Source: Clostridia bacterium | Lineage (GTDB): Bacteria > Bacillota > Clostridia > JAAYHZ01 | NCBI GenBank assembly: GCA_050950825.1 | Contig: JBMNIH010000009.1 | Location: forward strand, 192,001 to 256,000 | DNA: 64,000 nt | Reading direction: 5' to 3' | Shown: positions 50,892 through 61,456 of the stretch, piece by piece | How positions within the stretch are numbered: the stretch's first letter is position 1 | Layout: each line of letters begins with the position of its first letter | Position numbers and translations under genes: made by a program | The notes under the pieces: model-generated | Database searches by the model: none | Seen by the model: the letters and a program-made list of their open reading frames with translations, nothing else | Told to the model about the DNA's origin: nothing

Positions 50892-52010
50892 CTAGTTACG
50901 CAATGTCATCACGCATTCCAATCCGTATGTAATGTAGAGAATGAGGTTGTTGATATATTGAGGTGTCGGGTCTATGTATTCCATATACCCTGCGGAGAGA
51001 CATAGTATAAATCGGTCGGAATTTCTGCTTTCAATGACAGTGTTACGGATAAGGCTTCTTACCTCCTCTTCGCTGCCCAATAAAAGAGAGGAGATCTCGA
51101 TATTGCCTTCTAACCCCATTCCATTACCCGTTATTTCAATGGCTTCCTTTAAAGTGATATCTCCCAAAGGAGGCGGTTCTATCGGGTTTAAGACATCCAC
51201 TCCCATGGCCATAAACCGGGTCAGAAGCTTTCCCACACGCCCGTGGCAATGAACCCATACATACCCTCCCGCATCATGGATCAGATCGCATAAAGGTTTA
51301 TCCGTATTGAATACAAAATCCTCAAACTCTTTTTCTCTTACTAAAGGCGGAATGCATAACTCGGGTCCCACCCATCCGAATACCGGTTTTATGCCCGTGT
51401 CCAGTACCGTCTTTACATGTTCTCGAATTCTTGCGGCATAAGTTTCCACGGCCTCCGCTATGAGTTCTCTTTCGTCCATGCACATAAGCGCAAAGCATTC
51501 CGAACCCATCAAGCGGTATACCGCATAAGCGGCATGGTCGAGGCTAAATAAGACAATACCCTTATCTCCCGTTTTTTCAACCGTATTGATATAAGAGCTT
51601 ATATCAACGGGATACGGCAAATACTTTATGCGAAGGAGAGCTTTTAGATCCTCCGGTTCTTTGACAAAATACTCCATATCGTATCCGGGATGTCCGATCG
51701 TACTATATCGGTATACGGAACGCAGCCTTCGATCCGGCAAACGGATATACGTCACTCGGTCCGCCCAATGGCTGTCGGGCAACGGTTTATTTTCATAAGA
51801 TATTTTTACATCTTCGCCGGCTCCGAAATAAATATTAAACTTGCTCGAAGCTCCGTCCATGATATCCGTCATTTCCGTCGCCAATTCATAAACCGGTTTG
51901 TATGCCGGGTGTATTAATTTTTGACCGATCCGGGCTCCCCAAAGCTTTAATGCGGGTCGGTCCGTTTCTTTGCCTTGAAAAATTCTCATGATTCTTTCTT
52001 TACCGGTCAT
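50892..52010 (-). CDS. Uroporphyrinogen decarboxylase/MtaA-like family protein
   Basis: MTGKERI.......DRP, WVHCHG, GVDVLNPIEPPP.GD, GNIE, RFIL. Confidence 0.82.
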   Translation of the reverse strand: MTGKERIMRIFQGKETDRPALKLWGARIGQKLIHPAYKPVYELATEMTDIMDGASSKFNIYFGAGEDVKISYENKPLPDSHWADRVTYIRLPDRRLRSVYRYSTIGHPGYDMEYFVKEPEDLKALLRIKYLPYPVDISSYINTVEKTGDKGIVLFSLDHAAYAVYRLMGSECFALMCMDERELIAEAVETYAARIREHVKTVLDTGIKPVFGWVGPELCIPPLVREKEFEDFVFNTDKPLCDLIHDAGGYVWVHCHGRVGKLLTRFMAMGVDVLNPIEPPPLGDITLKEAIEITGNGMGLEGNIEISSLLLGSEEEVRSLIRNTVIESRNSDRFILCLSAGYMEYIDPTPQYINNLILYITYGLECVMTLRN

Positions 52011-52025
52011 ACCAAATCCTCCTTT

Positions 52026-52061
52026 AAAAAAATCGACGGCAAGAGCATACTTCTTGCCGTC
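52026..52061 (-). terminator. Intrinsic terminator
   Basis: GACGGCAAGA...TCTTGCCGTC with an A7 run on the + strand (U-tract on the - strand). Confidence 0.7.
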
Positions 52062-52080
52062 ACTAGGTTATCCTTATGTT

Positions 52081-53223
52081 CTATTTGCAGTTAGTCATCG
52101 TGATGCCTTCCGGGTCCACCGTAAATAACACATCACCGTCCGGCCTGTTTTGTATTACGTTGTTAATCCATACGTTTTTAACCGGATCGTTAAACACAAT
52201 GGCGTGTTTTGAGGAGTTGGACACGATATGATTGATCTTTATATCGTGCATATCTCCCGGGTTATACCCGGAACCGTATCCTTTATAGGAACCGATGATG
52301 GCTAATCGCTTGGATTCGGATATGGGATTGCCGTCGATGACATTGTTGATATAGACATTGTAGATTTGATGACCATGCCTGGAAAGCAGCGCAATGGCAT
52401 GGCTGTATAAAGAAGTGGAGGAATAGACATTCGATACGGTAATGTCATGAATATCTCGCTCGCGAATATCCTCTCCTTCATTGATCAAGTAGCTGGAAGG
52501 ATCCAAAGGGTACACATATCTTGAACAAGGATAGGTCGTTCCGATTGTCGTGGTGTTTAAGGCGATAAGGTCGTCGGATGTATGTCCTTTAATGTTCTCG
52601 ATGGTGATGTGATGGCATCCTAAACGAAGATTGACTCCGTCCCCGTTTTTGACCTCGGAAACAATATCCAGATCGTGAATGTAGCCATAGCTGCATCGAT
52701 CGAAGGAGTTTGCCCAGCTTCTCGGCTTTTTATAGGTAAACCCGGCCAATTCAAAATTCGTACATCTCGATAAGGTTACTTGGAAATTACGCCACCCCCA
52801 ATAATCACCCACCATCACTTGCTCCTCTCCCATGGTTGGATGCATCATTCTCGGCAATACATCCGGTCCTTCCAATATCGCTCCGTTCTTACCGAGTATT
52901 CGAATGTTGGATATGGGGTGTATTTTTAAAGGAAATCCGTTGGGGTTTTTCGGATCGATCTCAAAATTGTCTCCTCTGAAAATGGCATCAAACATTAAAT
53001 CTTTTTGCTTAATCTTCACGCCGTCTACAATCACCGTGGTGTTTGAAGGAAGCAATATGGCACGATCGATAAGCCAGTCTTTTCCGTCAAAAATGACGGT
53101 TCGGGGTTGGAATCCGGAAGCAAACTTCATACATTCTTCGATAATTTCGCTGTCCGTCTTCTTATCGTTGTAAAAATCCAAAACGCGAACCGGATTTATA
53201 TATCCGTCTTTATAGCTATACAT
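52081..53223 (-). CDS. Right-handed beta-helix (pectin lyase/GH28-like) protein
   Basis: NGDGVNL..GC.HITIENI.G.TSDD.IAL resembles the GH28 NTD/DD catalytic region. Confidence 0.7.
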   Translation of the reverse strand: MYSYKDGYINPVRVLDFYNDKKTDSEIIEECMKFASGFQPRTVIFDGKDWLIDRAILLPSNTTVIVDGVKIKQKDLMFDAIFRGDNFEIDPKNPNGFPLKIHPISNIRILGKNGAILEGPDVLPRMMHPTMGEEQVMVGDYWGWRNFQVTLSRCTNFELAGFTYKKPRSWANSFDRCSYGYIHDLDIVSEVKNGDGVNLRLGCHHITIENIKGHTSDDLIALNTTTIGTTYPCSRYVYPLDPSSYLINEGEDIRERDIHDITVSNVYSSTSLYSHAIALLSRHGHQIYNVYINNVIDGNPISESKRLAIIGSYKGYGSGYNPGDMHDIKINHIVSNSSKHAIVFNDPVKNVWINNVIQNRPDGDVLFTVDPEGITMTNCK

Positions 53224-53268
53224 AACTTCTACCTCTCCTACATTAAATTATTAATGTAAATGATAAAC

Positions 53269-54705
53269 CTATTCGAATACGGACTTAATCATCTCCAATG
53301 TTTTTTCCACCAAAAGCGCTCCTCCCTCTTTTCCGGTACGCCCGCTGGCCACCACGGCGCTGTAGTGACCGCCTTTTTCCGCTTTTTCCGTCGGAAGATA
53401 CATTCCGTCACTATTGGCCAATTGTACGATAAAGGTTTGGTCGGCTATGCTTCGAGCTTTGATGCATAAGCCGTAGTCCAAAAACAATTCGAAAGGATTG
53501 GTTGCAAAAACAATGTTGCCTACACGCACCACATGGATATCGGCACTGAATCGAGGCGATTGGTCTTGTATTTTTCGTCTTTTCATGATACCGGCATAAC
53601 CGTGTAGATCCGCCATTTCTCCCGAACCGTAGCGCTTGGACTGTTTTGCCGCAACATATTCTTCAAAGCATTTCTTTGCATGGATGTACTCTTGTTCGGT
53701 CACTCTTCTTGTTGGAAAATCCAAAATCTCACTACGATGCTTCAGTTCGATTTCAAAGGCAATATTATTCTTTGCAACCTTATACTCCTCCAAAACCGCT
53801 GCGGATATGCGCCTTCCGATTTCCGTCAATCCGTCAAAATTATTAAAGTTCGCTTCGTGTATGTTTTTATATCGCCGTATCAGATCTCGCGGAGATTGGT
53901 CTCCTGCGGAGCTGCACTGAGCCAAAACATACAAATGATCTCCGAATTCTTCTTTTAGCATCCTTCGGACTTCTCCCCAATAGTCGGAAGACACCACCTT
54001 CATATGCTCAACTACTTGGGAAGGACACGCTACGTTGATGACGATACCGGTCAGCTTTTCATTGGTATCGAATAAATACAAAAGTTCGATTCCCGAATCG
54101 TTTCCGCCTTCAAGAAAAGCAAAGTCTTCTCGGTCGGTCATGCCGTACATCAATGCCGACCCGTCTTTGTAGACGGTACGGCGGCAGTGTCCCACAACAG
54201 CTCGTGCAAAGCCCGGAGCAACTCCTCCCGGCTTTCTGTTGTTCCATGCTTCCGTAACGGCTTCCGCAATACGATCCTTTAAAAAAAGGCCGTATTCCAA
54301 AGGAGTCATTACGTTATCGGGCAATGCTTCTTTTAATGGCCTTAAGTGATCAGGCAAAAACTCTGCCGCCACATGAAGCCCCAAGGTTTCGTCTTCAGGC
54401 CGTAATCCGTAATTCGGAGCCGTATGGGTATGGGTAGCGAAAATGATGATTTTGGATAAATCGAGTCCTTGGCATTTTCCCTGCAGACTTTCTCGAACGG
54501 CCTTCGTTAAATCGGAAGAAATCCCGCACAGGTCGCAGGAACAAAGGACGATATGATCCTTTTCATTTTCCATAGCCAAGGCGGTAACAAGGATGGGCGA
54601 ATGAACGTTTTCGGATATTCTTGTATAGAATTGACCTCGTAAAGTAACCGGTTTGTTGGGCGTAATGTCTTTTTGAGACCAACCAATATTTAACGGACTT
54701 TTCAT
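53269..54705 (-). CDS. Ceramidase-N-terminal-like hydrolase
   Basis: GWSQKDITP, ATHTHTAP, N.ACPSQ, SDYWG, AGDQSP, PFELF, YLPT..A..GG.YSA; GGGAGG RBS. Confidence 0.7.
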   Translation of the reverse strand: MKSPLNIGWSQKDITPNKPVTLRGQFYTRISENVHSPILVTALAMENEKDHIVLCSCDLCGISSDLTKAVRESLQGKCQGLDLSKIIIFATHTHTAPNYGLRPEDETLGLHVAAEFLPDHLRPLKEALPDNVMTPLEYGLFLKDRIAEAVTEAWNNRKPGGVAPGFARAVVGHCRRTVYKDGSALMYGMTDREDFAFLEGGNDSGIELLYLFDTNEKLTGIVINVACPSQVVEHMKVVSSDYWGEVRRMLKEEFGDHLYVLAQCSSAGDQSPRDLIRRYKNIHEANFNNFDGLTEIGRRISAAVLEEYKVAKNNIAFEIELKHRSEILDFPTRRVTEQEYIHAKKCFEEYVAAKQSKRYGSGEMADLHGYAGIMKRRKIQDQSPRFSADIHVVRVGNIVFATNPFELFLDYGLCIKARSIADQTFIVQLANSDGMYLPTEKAEKGGHYSAVVASGRTGKEGGALLVEKTLEMIKSVFE

Positions 54706-54778
54706 GATTTTTTCCTCCCGTTGATGCAAAATTCCGGAATTCGCATGCTTCAAGAATATTCTACCATAAATATTGTAG

Positions 54779-55996
54779 TCATAATACTTCCATAACATTC
54801 ATAATGCCTTTGGTGTGATATTCCGTGTATTCGTTTAATAATTCGGGAGTTGTTTTCCCGATGACACATGCTCTTTCTTTTTTATCGTCCTTGACGGTTC
54901 GATATTCCATATCAAATGCGGGAATTCCGAATTTTTTATAAACATAAGCCGGCACGCTTCCTGCCGTCGTCCCGTATCGGAGAAGCGTACCCTCCTTTTC
55001 TACGTCGCGAAAACCCGCCGAATAGGCCGTAACCTGCTTCATGCATTCATCTTTATAGGCCGTATCATTTGCCGAGTCTTTTGACGTCAAAAAGCAATCT
55101 CCGCATATGGATGAAAGGCAGTGACCGCAGAATACGGCTCGGGGACGGACCTTATGTAAAAAGTTAACGACGGCTTTCGTCTCGTCTTCCGATTCGGGAA
55201 AAGGTCCTCTGTAAGTGATGGAACCGTGTATGGTTGTGTTAAGACCGTACATAAGATCTACCGTATCCCAATTGGCATCAAAATTCCTGTTTAAATCCAC
55301 GCCGTTGGGATTGCATCGTAAATATTGGGGAGTGCCTGTAGCCATATCTTCTCTGCAATCCGCATTCACCGACGGCAGAATGGCAAGACCCGTTTTTTCA
55401 AGGAGATCAGGACGGTTTTTGACGATGTATTCGGCCGCCCTTAAGAACAGCTCCGGTCCGGATTCGCCGGCATGAACGGCACCGATGAGTGCGATGCATC
55501 GTTCTTTGTTTCCTAAAACAAGCCCTTTCAATACTTTCTTGCGGGTAGAATATCCGTAAGGCTCCAAGCTTTTCGGACCTCGGTATAAGGAATGGATTTT
55601 TTCCATCTCTTGATTGATTCTTTCAAAAGTCCACCAGACATCCGGATGCCGTACCGTTATTCCTACCGGTCCCGCAGGAATCGTATCATCCTTATATGCG
55701 ACCCAATAGGCATATGTATCTAAAGGCTTTACGTTTCGGTCCGTATAGATAAAATAATACGATTCTTCTTTATCCAGCGGCCCGTCATAGATCAATTCCG
55801 CATCTTTGAAATCGATGGAATCAAAGTATTCGTAATAATCGTTTCCCTGTTCAAAAGCATCTTCTTTTTTTCTGTAGATACGAAAATGCAGTCGATCCCC
55901 GTTGTTATCGTACAAAAGGGATCCTCTTTCGATATATAAACGGACGATTCCGTCCTCACTCTTCCCTCTTAAAAAACGAATGCTTTTCCGAGCCAT
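54779..55996 (-). CDS. M14 family zinc carboxypeptidase
   Basis: VHAGE zinc motif, LPSVNAD, RCNPNGVDLNRNF, YRGPFPESEDET, downstream His and Glu. Confidence 0.88.
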   Translation of the reverse strand: MARKSIRFLRGKSEDGIVRLYIERGSLLYDNNGDRLHFRIYRKKEDAFEQGNDYYEYFDSIDFKDAELIYDGPLDKEESYYFIYTDRNVKPLDTYAYWVAYKDDTIPAGPVGITVRHPDVWWTFERINQEMEKIHSLYRGPKSLEPYGYSTRKKVLKGLVLGNKERCIALIGAVHAGESGPELFLRAAEYIVKNRPDLLEKTGLAILPSVNADCREDMATGTPQYLRCNPNGVDLNRNFDANWDTVDLMYGLNTTIHGSITYRGPFPESEDETKAVVNFLHKVRPRAVFCGHCLSSICGDCFLTSKDSANDTAYKDECMKQVTAYSAGFRDVEKEGTLLRYGTTAGSVPAYVYKKFGIPAFDMEYRTVKDDKKERACVIGKTTPELLNEYTEYHTKGIMNVMEVL

Positions 55997-56000
55997 ATGA

Positions 56001-57029
56001 TCACCTCTTTCTGTCAGGTACCGGTCCCGTTGTGTTTCGAATAACGGCTTCGGAAGTAATTCTCGTTATTGTTTTCGATTTATCGATGCCGTTTACGATT
56101 TCGTTCATGATTGTGGAAATGGCAATATCCGCTACCTTATGTATCGGTATTTGAATCGTAGTAATGCCGTTAAATACATATTCGGATATGCGGATATTGT
56201 CAAAAGAGAATATGGAAAAGTCCTCAGGCGCTTTAAAGCCGAAATCCTGTGCACACTTCAAAGCTCCTATACATATTTCATCGTAGGACGCCACAAAGGC
56301 CGTGGGAAAGTCTTTTTTTTCAAGGAAATAATTCATACCCTCCACACCGGCGATTTGGTTTCTCTTGTCCGTAATGTATATTCGGTGTTCCGGCAATTCA
56401 ATTCCTTTTTTCTGCAAGACGGCTTTTACCGTCTCCAAACGGTTGTAGTCCAGCCGATCAAAGATCAACCCGAATTCTCGATGCCCGTTTTGAATCAATT
56501 GATCTGTCAAGGTTTCTATAGCATGGTAGTCATCGATCATTATGGCGTTGCAATGGCTGTTAAAATCCCGATTGGTGGAGGATTCGATAACCAGCAAGGG
56601 AATTTTATTGGCGTTGCACACGGAAATGATTTTTTCGTATTGTTCATCGGATATATCGCAGGAGTCCACCACAATTATGATACCGTTCAATTTTTTCGCC
56701 GTAAACAATTTCACGTACTTTTCGACTTTACTATACTCAAAATTGTGGATGCCAAGGAGTAAGTTGTATTTCGAATCTTGCAGCTTTAATTCCAACTTCT
56801 CCAGAATGTTCGAATGAAGAAAGCTGGTGACTTCCGGCAATATCACACCGATTGCACTGGTGACGCTGTTTTCTGCAGCCATGTTTTTGTAATTGAACAT
56901 AACCGCCGCATCCATCACCTTTTTTATGGTTTCTTCATTGATTTCTTTGCTGTTGCTCAAAGCCTTCGATACGGTGGATACACTTACTCCCACATACTCC
57001 GCAATATCTTTTAACGTCGGTTTTATCAT
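56001..57029 (-). CDS. LacI family transcriptional regulator
   Basis: TLKDIAEYVGVSVSTVSKAL HTH; PEDFSIFSFDN, ITTIQ.P. Confidence 0.95.
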   Translation of the reverse strand: MIKPTLKDIAEYVGVSVSTVSKALSNSKEINEETIKKVMDAAVMFNYKNMAAENSVTSAIGVILPEVTSFLHSNILEKLELKLQDSKYNLLLGIHNFEYSKVEKYVKLFTAKKLNGIIIVVDSCDISDEQYEKIISVCNANKIPLLVIESSTNRDFNSHCNAIMIDDYHAIETLTDQLIQNGHREFGLIFDRLDYNRLETVKAVLQKKGIELPEHRIYITDKRNQIAGVEGMNYFLEKKDFPTAFVASYDEICIGALKCAQDFGFKAPEDFSIFSFDNIRISEYVFNGITTIQIPIHKVADIAISTIMNEIVNGIDKSKTITRITSEAVIRNTTGPVPDRKR

Positions 57030-57066
57030 AGACTATCCTTTCATACTCTTTTATATTAAACGCTTC

Positions 57067-58761
57067 TTAAGCATTTTTATTCACTTGCATACCGGGTATA
57101 ATGTTGCCTTGCGGTACGGGATAGAATTTTCGGTATGCTTCATACCAAGGTGCTTCCATACGCTCCGGTATAAAGATGTGACGCATCAGCCCTAACCCGT
57201 ATACATATCGATACATCTTGCCGAAAAGCTTTTCTCTTTTTTCGATCAAAGGCAGTACGGCATCAAGGTCCGATTTTTCTTTCCAGAGAGTATAGTCCCC
57301 GATTTTATAATCCAAAGCCATCAGCTGTGCTTTTAACATTATCTGTTCAAAAAGCCAAGTACTCTGTTCTTCGTTGACGGAAACATGCTCTTGTAAATCC
57401 GTTAAATCCTTTTCCCATTGTACCGCTTTTTCCAAATCATAAAACTGCATTTCGTTCATGATTTTAAGTAAAGTCTTGGAATTTTCACCTTTTAAAGAGA
57501 ACATATCATAGATATATTCCAAAGTCAATTCATCTATATCCGCATCCGGATCTCTTGCTAATCTTGAAATGATGTATTCGTTATAATGGTCTCCGAAGGA
57601 TTCGTTATAGGTATTAAAGCCTGTACACCCGGCTTTTTCAAAGGAGCGGATAACGGAACGAATTCTTTCTTGTGCGCAATGGATGCCTGTTTTTAGATAA
57701 GTATCTTTGTTCACATGAGAAAAACCGATATGAACAAAGGTGTTTAAAGGAAGAGGATCGATTCTCTTTTTAATATCCACCGGAACCTCGAATACTCCGT
57801 ATGTAACACTGTACATAAATTCTCCGAAATGACCGGAAATTTTTTCGGCAAAGTTTTTCAAAAGATGAATGTCGTCATCCGAGGTCCACCAGCCGCATAT
57901 ATCCACTTTAATATCCGGAAAATACTTGATTACAATTTGAAAGATATCGTAAACCATGTTTAAAAAGGTGTTGTAATAGGGTTGGCATTTGTCACATGCA
58001 CAGCCCCCGTCGTCGTACGGTCCGCAGACAATCCTGTCGATATGAACATGGGAGGCGATAAAATCTTTCATGAGATTCTCTACGTTTTTCAAGCATACGG
58101 CACGAGCTTCGGGATTGGAAGGACACAAAACCTGCCCTTGCACCTTGTGAGCGTGACTTCGTACTCCTACAAGTCCCGGCAGCAATTGGTCGGTAAAAGC
58201 TACGTTGTGAGCTACATAGAGCTTGGTTTCCATGCCCAATTCCTTTGCATAGCGAAGGAATTCTTTCTTTTTTCGCCAAAGGCTCATGGAGGAGCTGCAG
58301 TATACATGGGGATTGTACGGGTCGGGCATATCGTTCGGGTCAAACCAATCGGCATAACCGTTGGCTCCGAACAAGGCCAAATCCTCCAATAAATATTCCA
58401 TTTCCGAAGGCCAGCAAACTTCATAAGCGTTTCCGAAATGCCCCGGCATGTAGTGGTTTCGATGAGGATATTTCGGTCGATTGGTTACGGTAAACCGTTC
58501 GGGAAGTTTTTCGCCTTTGCAAATAGCTTTAACGATTTGCCGAATCAGTTCACCGGCTCCGGCGATAAACTCAATTTTCGATTTGGCCCAAACCGTCGCT
58601 TTTGTTCCGTCCACATCCACACGATACCCTTCGATATCCGCATACTCGAACAAAACATCCGAAAAAGGCATTGCTTCTTGATTTCTGTCCAGCCAATCCT
58701 TTATTCTTTTTTCAAAGATTTCTCTTGCCTTTTCGGCAATCGGTGTCGTTACTGTTATCAT
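57067..58761 (-). CDS. Putative glycoside hydrolase (GH20/67-like N-terminal domain + TIM barrel)
   Basis: EGYRV....ATV.A......GAGEL, PKYPHR, LCPSNPEAR, PYDDGGCAC..C. Confidence 0.6.
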   Translation of the reverse strand: MITVTTPIAEKAREIFEKRIKDWLDRNQEAMPFSDVLFEYADIEGYRVDVDGTKATVWAKSKIEFIAGAGELIRQIVKAICKGEKLPERFTVTNRPKYPHRNHYMPGHFGNAYEVCWPSEMEYLLEDLALFGANGYADWFDPNDMPDPYNPHVYCSSSMSLWRKKKEFLRYAKELGMETKLYVAHNVAFTDQLLPGLVGVRSHAHKVQGQVLCPSNPEARAVCLKNVENLMKDFIASHVHIDRIVCGPYDDGGCACDKCQPYYNTFLNMVYDIFQIVIKYFPDIKVDICGWWTSDDDIHLLKNFAEKISGHFGEFMYSVTYGVFEVPVDIKKRIDPLPLNTFVHIGFSHVNKDTYLKTGIHCAQERIRSVIRSFEKAGCTGFNTYNESFGDHYNEYIISRLARDPDADIDELTLEYIYDMFSLKGENSKTLLKIMNEMQFYDLEKAVQWEKDLTDLQEHVSVNEEQSTWLFEQIMLKAQLMALDYKIGDYTLWKEKSDLDAVLPLIEKREKLFGKMYRYVYGLGLMRHIFIPERMEAPWYEAYRKFYPVPQGNIIPGMQVNKNA

Positions 58762-58800
58762 GATACCATCTCCTCTTCCGCTTTTTTATATTAAAAATTC

Positions 58801-58831
58801 GACAGGATGCATACCCTAATTGCACCCTGTC
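58801..58831 (-). terminator. Hairpin/terminator after SBP paralog 3
   Basis: GACAGGATGCA...TGCACCCTGTC. Confidence 0.6.
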
Positions 58832-60091
58832 GGTAAGTTCTACCAAATTACATTCTTATTTAATCCAACGAGATCCCTTGTACAGCTCCGTTGTCAACGG
58901 CCACTCGTCGCTGCCGTATATCTCTACCAATTTATCATACCCTGCCGCATACAAAGCGTCAATATACTGGCTCCATTCGCTTCTCATGTTGGCAACTTGC
59001 CCCTGGAATACACGTTGCTTAAACTCGTTGTATACGGTATTGACGCTACCCGCAACTGCCCAGTTAATTTCATTAAACTTATCTTGAAGTTCCACACCGA
59101 GCATACCCCAGTCCGCGTTTTTATCGGGAACCAAACCGTATTTTTCGAACCACTCGTTTTCTCTCCAATAGTTTTCCAAAAGATAATTCGTCCATCGGTA
59201 TCCTACCCCGAGATATTCGTACATCGTCATGGTAAATACCCCCGGATTGAAAATTCTTTCAAAAGCGGCGCCCGGTGAGGCGTATTTTGGCGGAACCTTC
59301 GAAGGATCCGTTATGATCAAACGGCTTTTTATGGGCTCGCCTTCCCATGTATAGTGAATACCTTCGATTCCTTTCGAATAGCGCAAAGACGCTTCTCGGT
59401 CAAAACAGGTGTATTCTAAAAGTTGTAGGAGTCTTGCCATTTGCGCATCCGTCGTATCCGCACCGATGTAGCAAAGAGCGCCGGTCCATTTAGTAAATGT
59501 ACGGATATACATGTTCCCTTCCCCGCTCGGACCTTGGGTAGGAGGCGTAATGACCAAGGTGATATCGGGATTTTCGCGGAGCAAGGCGTTCGGCGGAGAT
59601 ATTTGATGGGCTTCCATTGCGGAGCGAACAGCAAAAGCAGGAGGATTAATGTGTCCTACGTTGGGAACCGCTAACAGCGTATTGTAATCGGAAGCAGGCG
59701 CTTGTCGCACATATCCTTTATAGATTTGATCGAATATCCATTCCCAAAAATCTCTCATACCGGTATATCCGCGGAAATCTACATAGTCTCCTGTGGTCGG
59801 ATCTTTATAGATATACCGATCAATAGGTACAAAATTCCACATTCCCGGTCAAATTGCCTTCCCATTCCGCCTGATCGGTATACAGGTAGCCGTATGTATC
59901 GTCCTCCCCGTTTCCGTCAGGGTCGGCAACGGTAAACGCTTCAAGGATATCGTTGAATTCTTCGAATGTAAATTGCCTGTTGGTAATGAAAATTTTCTCT
60001 TCGTAGTCAACAGGATAAAGATCATCGAAATCGTATCCTAAGTTTTCCAGCCAATCCAATCGGAACATGGTATAGGTCCATGGGAAGGTAT

Positions 60092-61456
60092 CTATTTAGC
60101 CCCCTAATATAATTGGAGAAACCATACGAATTTAGTAAAATGAATATAGGGGGTTAATCCAAATGAAACACTATGATGATAAGTTCAAGGAACAAGTAAT
60201 AAAAGAATGTCAAGAAGTGGGTAATATTTCCCTTGTTGCTAGACGCCATGATATATCCAAAACTACTATATATGGTTGGATAAAAGCTTATAAGAAGAGA
60301 GGTTCAGTCACTCCACTTCCTTAAAAATAAAGACAATAGAGTAAACAGAATTAGAACATAGGCTTAATGTTGTAAGCACAGAAAATGATAGATTAAAAAA
60401 GCTTGTTGCAGAAAAAGAGTTAGAGCTGCTAATACTTAGAGAATTAAGGGATAGAGTAAACCCCAAGTAGCCGACAAGGTTGCAATTGCATTAAGGTGGA
60501 TAAATAAAGGTTATGAAATATCTTTAGTACTTGGCTTTGTCGGCATTGCTGCATCCACCTATTATGAATACATAAAAAGGCAATCAAAATCTAATAGAAA
60601 TCATAATATTGCAGCATCTAATAAAGATAATGGAAGGCCTAGACCTGGTTATTCATATACAAAGACCGGTAGAAAAGTATCTGATGAACAAATAAAGGAG
60701 TGGTTATGCAATTTAATATCAGGAGATGGTTTTCCCTATGGTTACCGTAAACTAACAATATGTCTTAGAGAAGATTATGATCTAATTATCAATCATAAAA
60801 AAGTATATAGGCTGTGTAAAGAATTAGATATACTAAGACCTCAAAGAAAAATAAAGGAAAAGAGTTCTAAGCATTTAGCTAAGAAAGAAACAATATCAGC
60901 TCCCAATGAGCTTTGGGAAATGGATGTAAAATACGGATATATAAGGCGGAGAAGATAAATTCTTCTTTCAACTATCTCTAATAGATGTATTTGACAGAAG
61001 CATTATAGATTATCATATAGGCTTATCCTGTAAAGCTTCTGATGCTTGCAATGTATTGAGAAATAGTATAAGAAAGCGCAATATATATGGTGGTTTAAGG
61101 ACACCTAAGATAAGGACAGACAATGGCCCTCAATTTGTATCTAAAGAATTTGAAGAATTCTGCAACAGCAATAATATAGTTCATCAAAGGATACCAGTAA
61201 AAACTCCTAATATGAATGCACACATCAGAATCATTCCATTCAATATTGGAAGATGAATGTTACAGTCGCAATGAATGGAACAATTTTAAGGAGGCATACG
61301 AAACAATAACTGAATATATGAATTATTATAATAATCGCAGAAGGCATGGAAGCATAAAATATATGGCTCCAAATAAATTCTATGAAGCAATTATGAGAAA
61401 GAATGTAAAAGCTAAAGCATTTGCTGCATAATCTCCATAATTAGGGGGTCAAACCG
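60092..61456 (+). mobile_element. IS3-family insertion sequence (1365 bp) with 4-bp target duplication
   Basis: IRL CTATTTAGCCCCCTAAT..TGGAGA vs IRR (revcomp) CGGTTTGACCCCCTAATTATGGAGA; GTAT duplicated at 60088-60091 and 61457-61460; visibly AT-richer than flanks. Confidence 0.92.
60163..61431 (+). pseudogene. IS3 OrfA/OrfB transposase with extra single-base insertions
   Basis: OrfA MKHYDDKFKEQVIKECQEVGN..LVARRH.I HTH is broken at CCTTAA. OrfB carries YGYRKL, INHKKVYRL, WEMD, RTDNGPQF, ESFHSILE, YNNRRRHGS. The OrfA/B overlap is at GTAAACCCCAAGTAG. Confidence 0.85.

Noticed and set aside
56139-56762. 207-aa + strand ORF
   Set aside because: Antisense shadow of the LacI gene.
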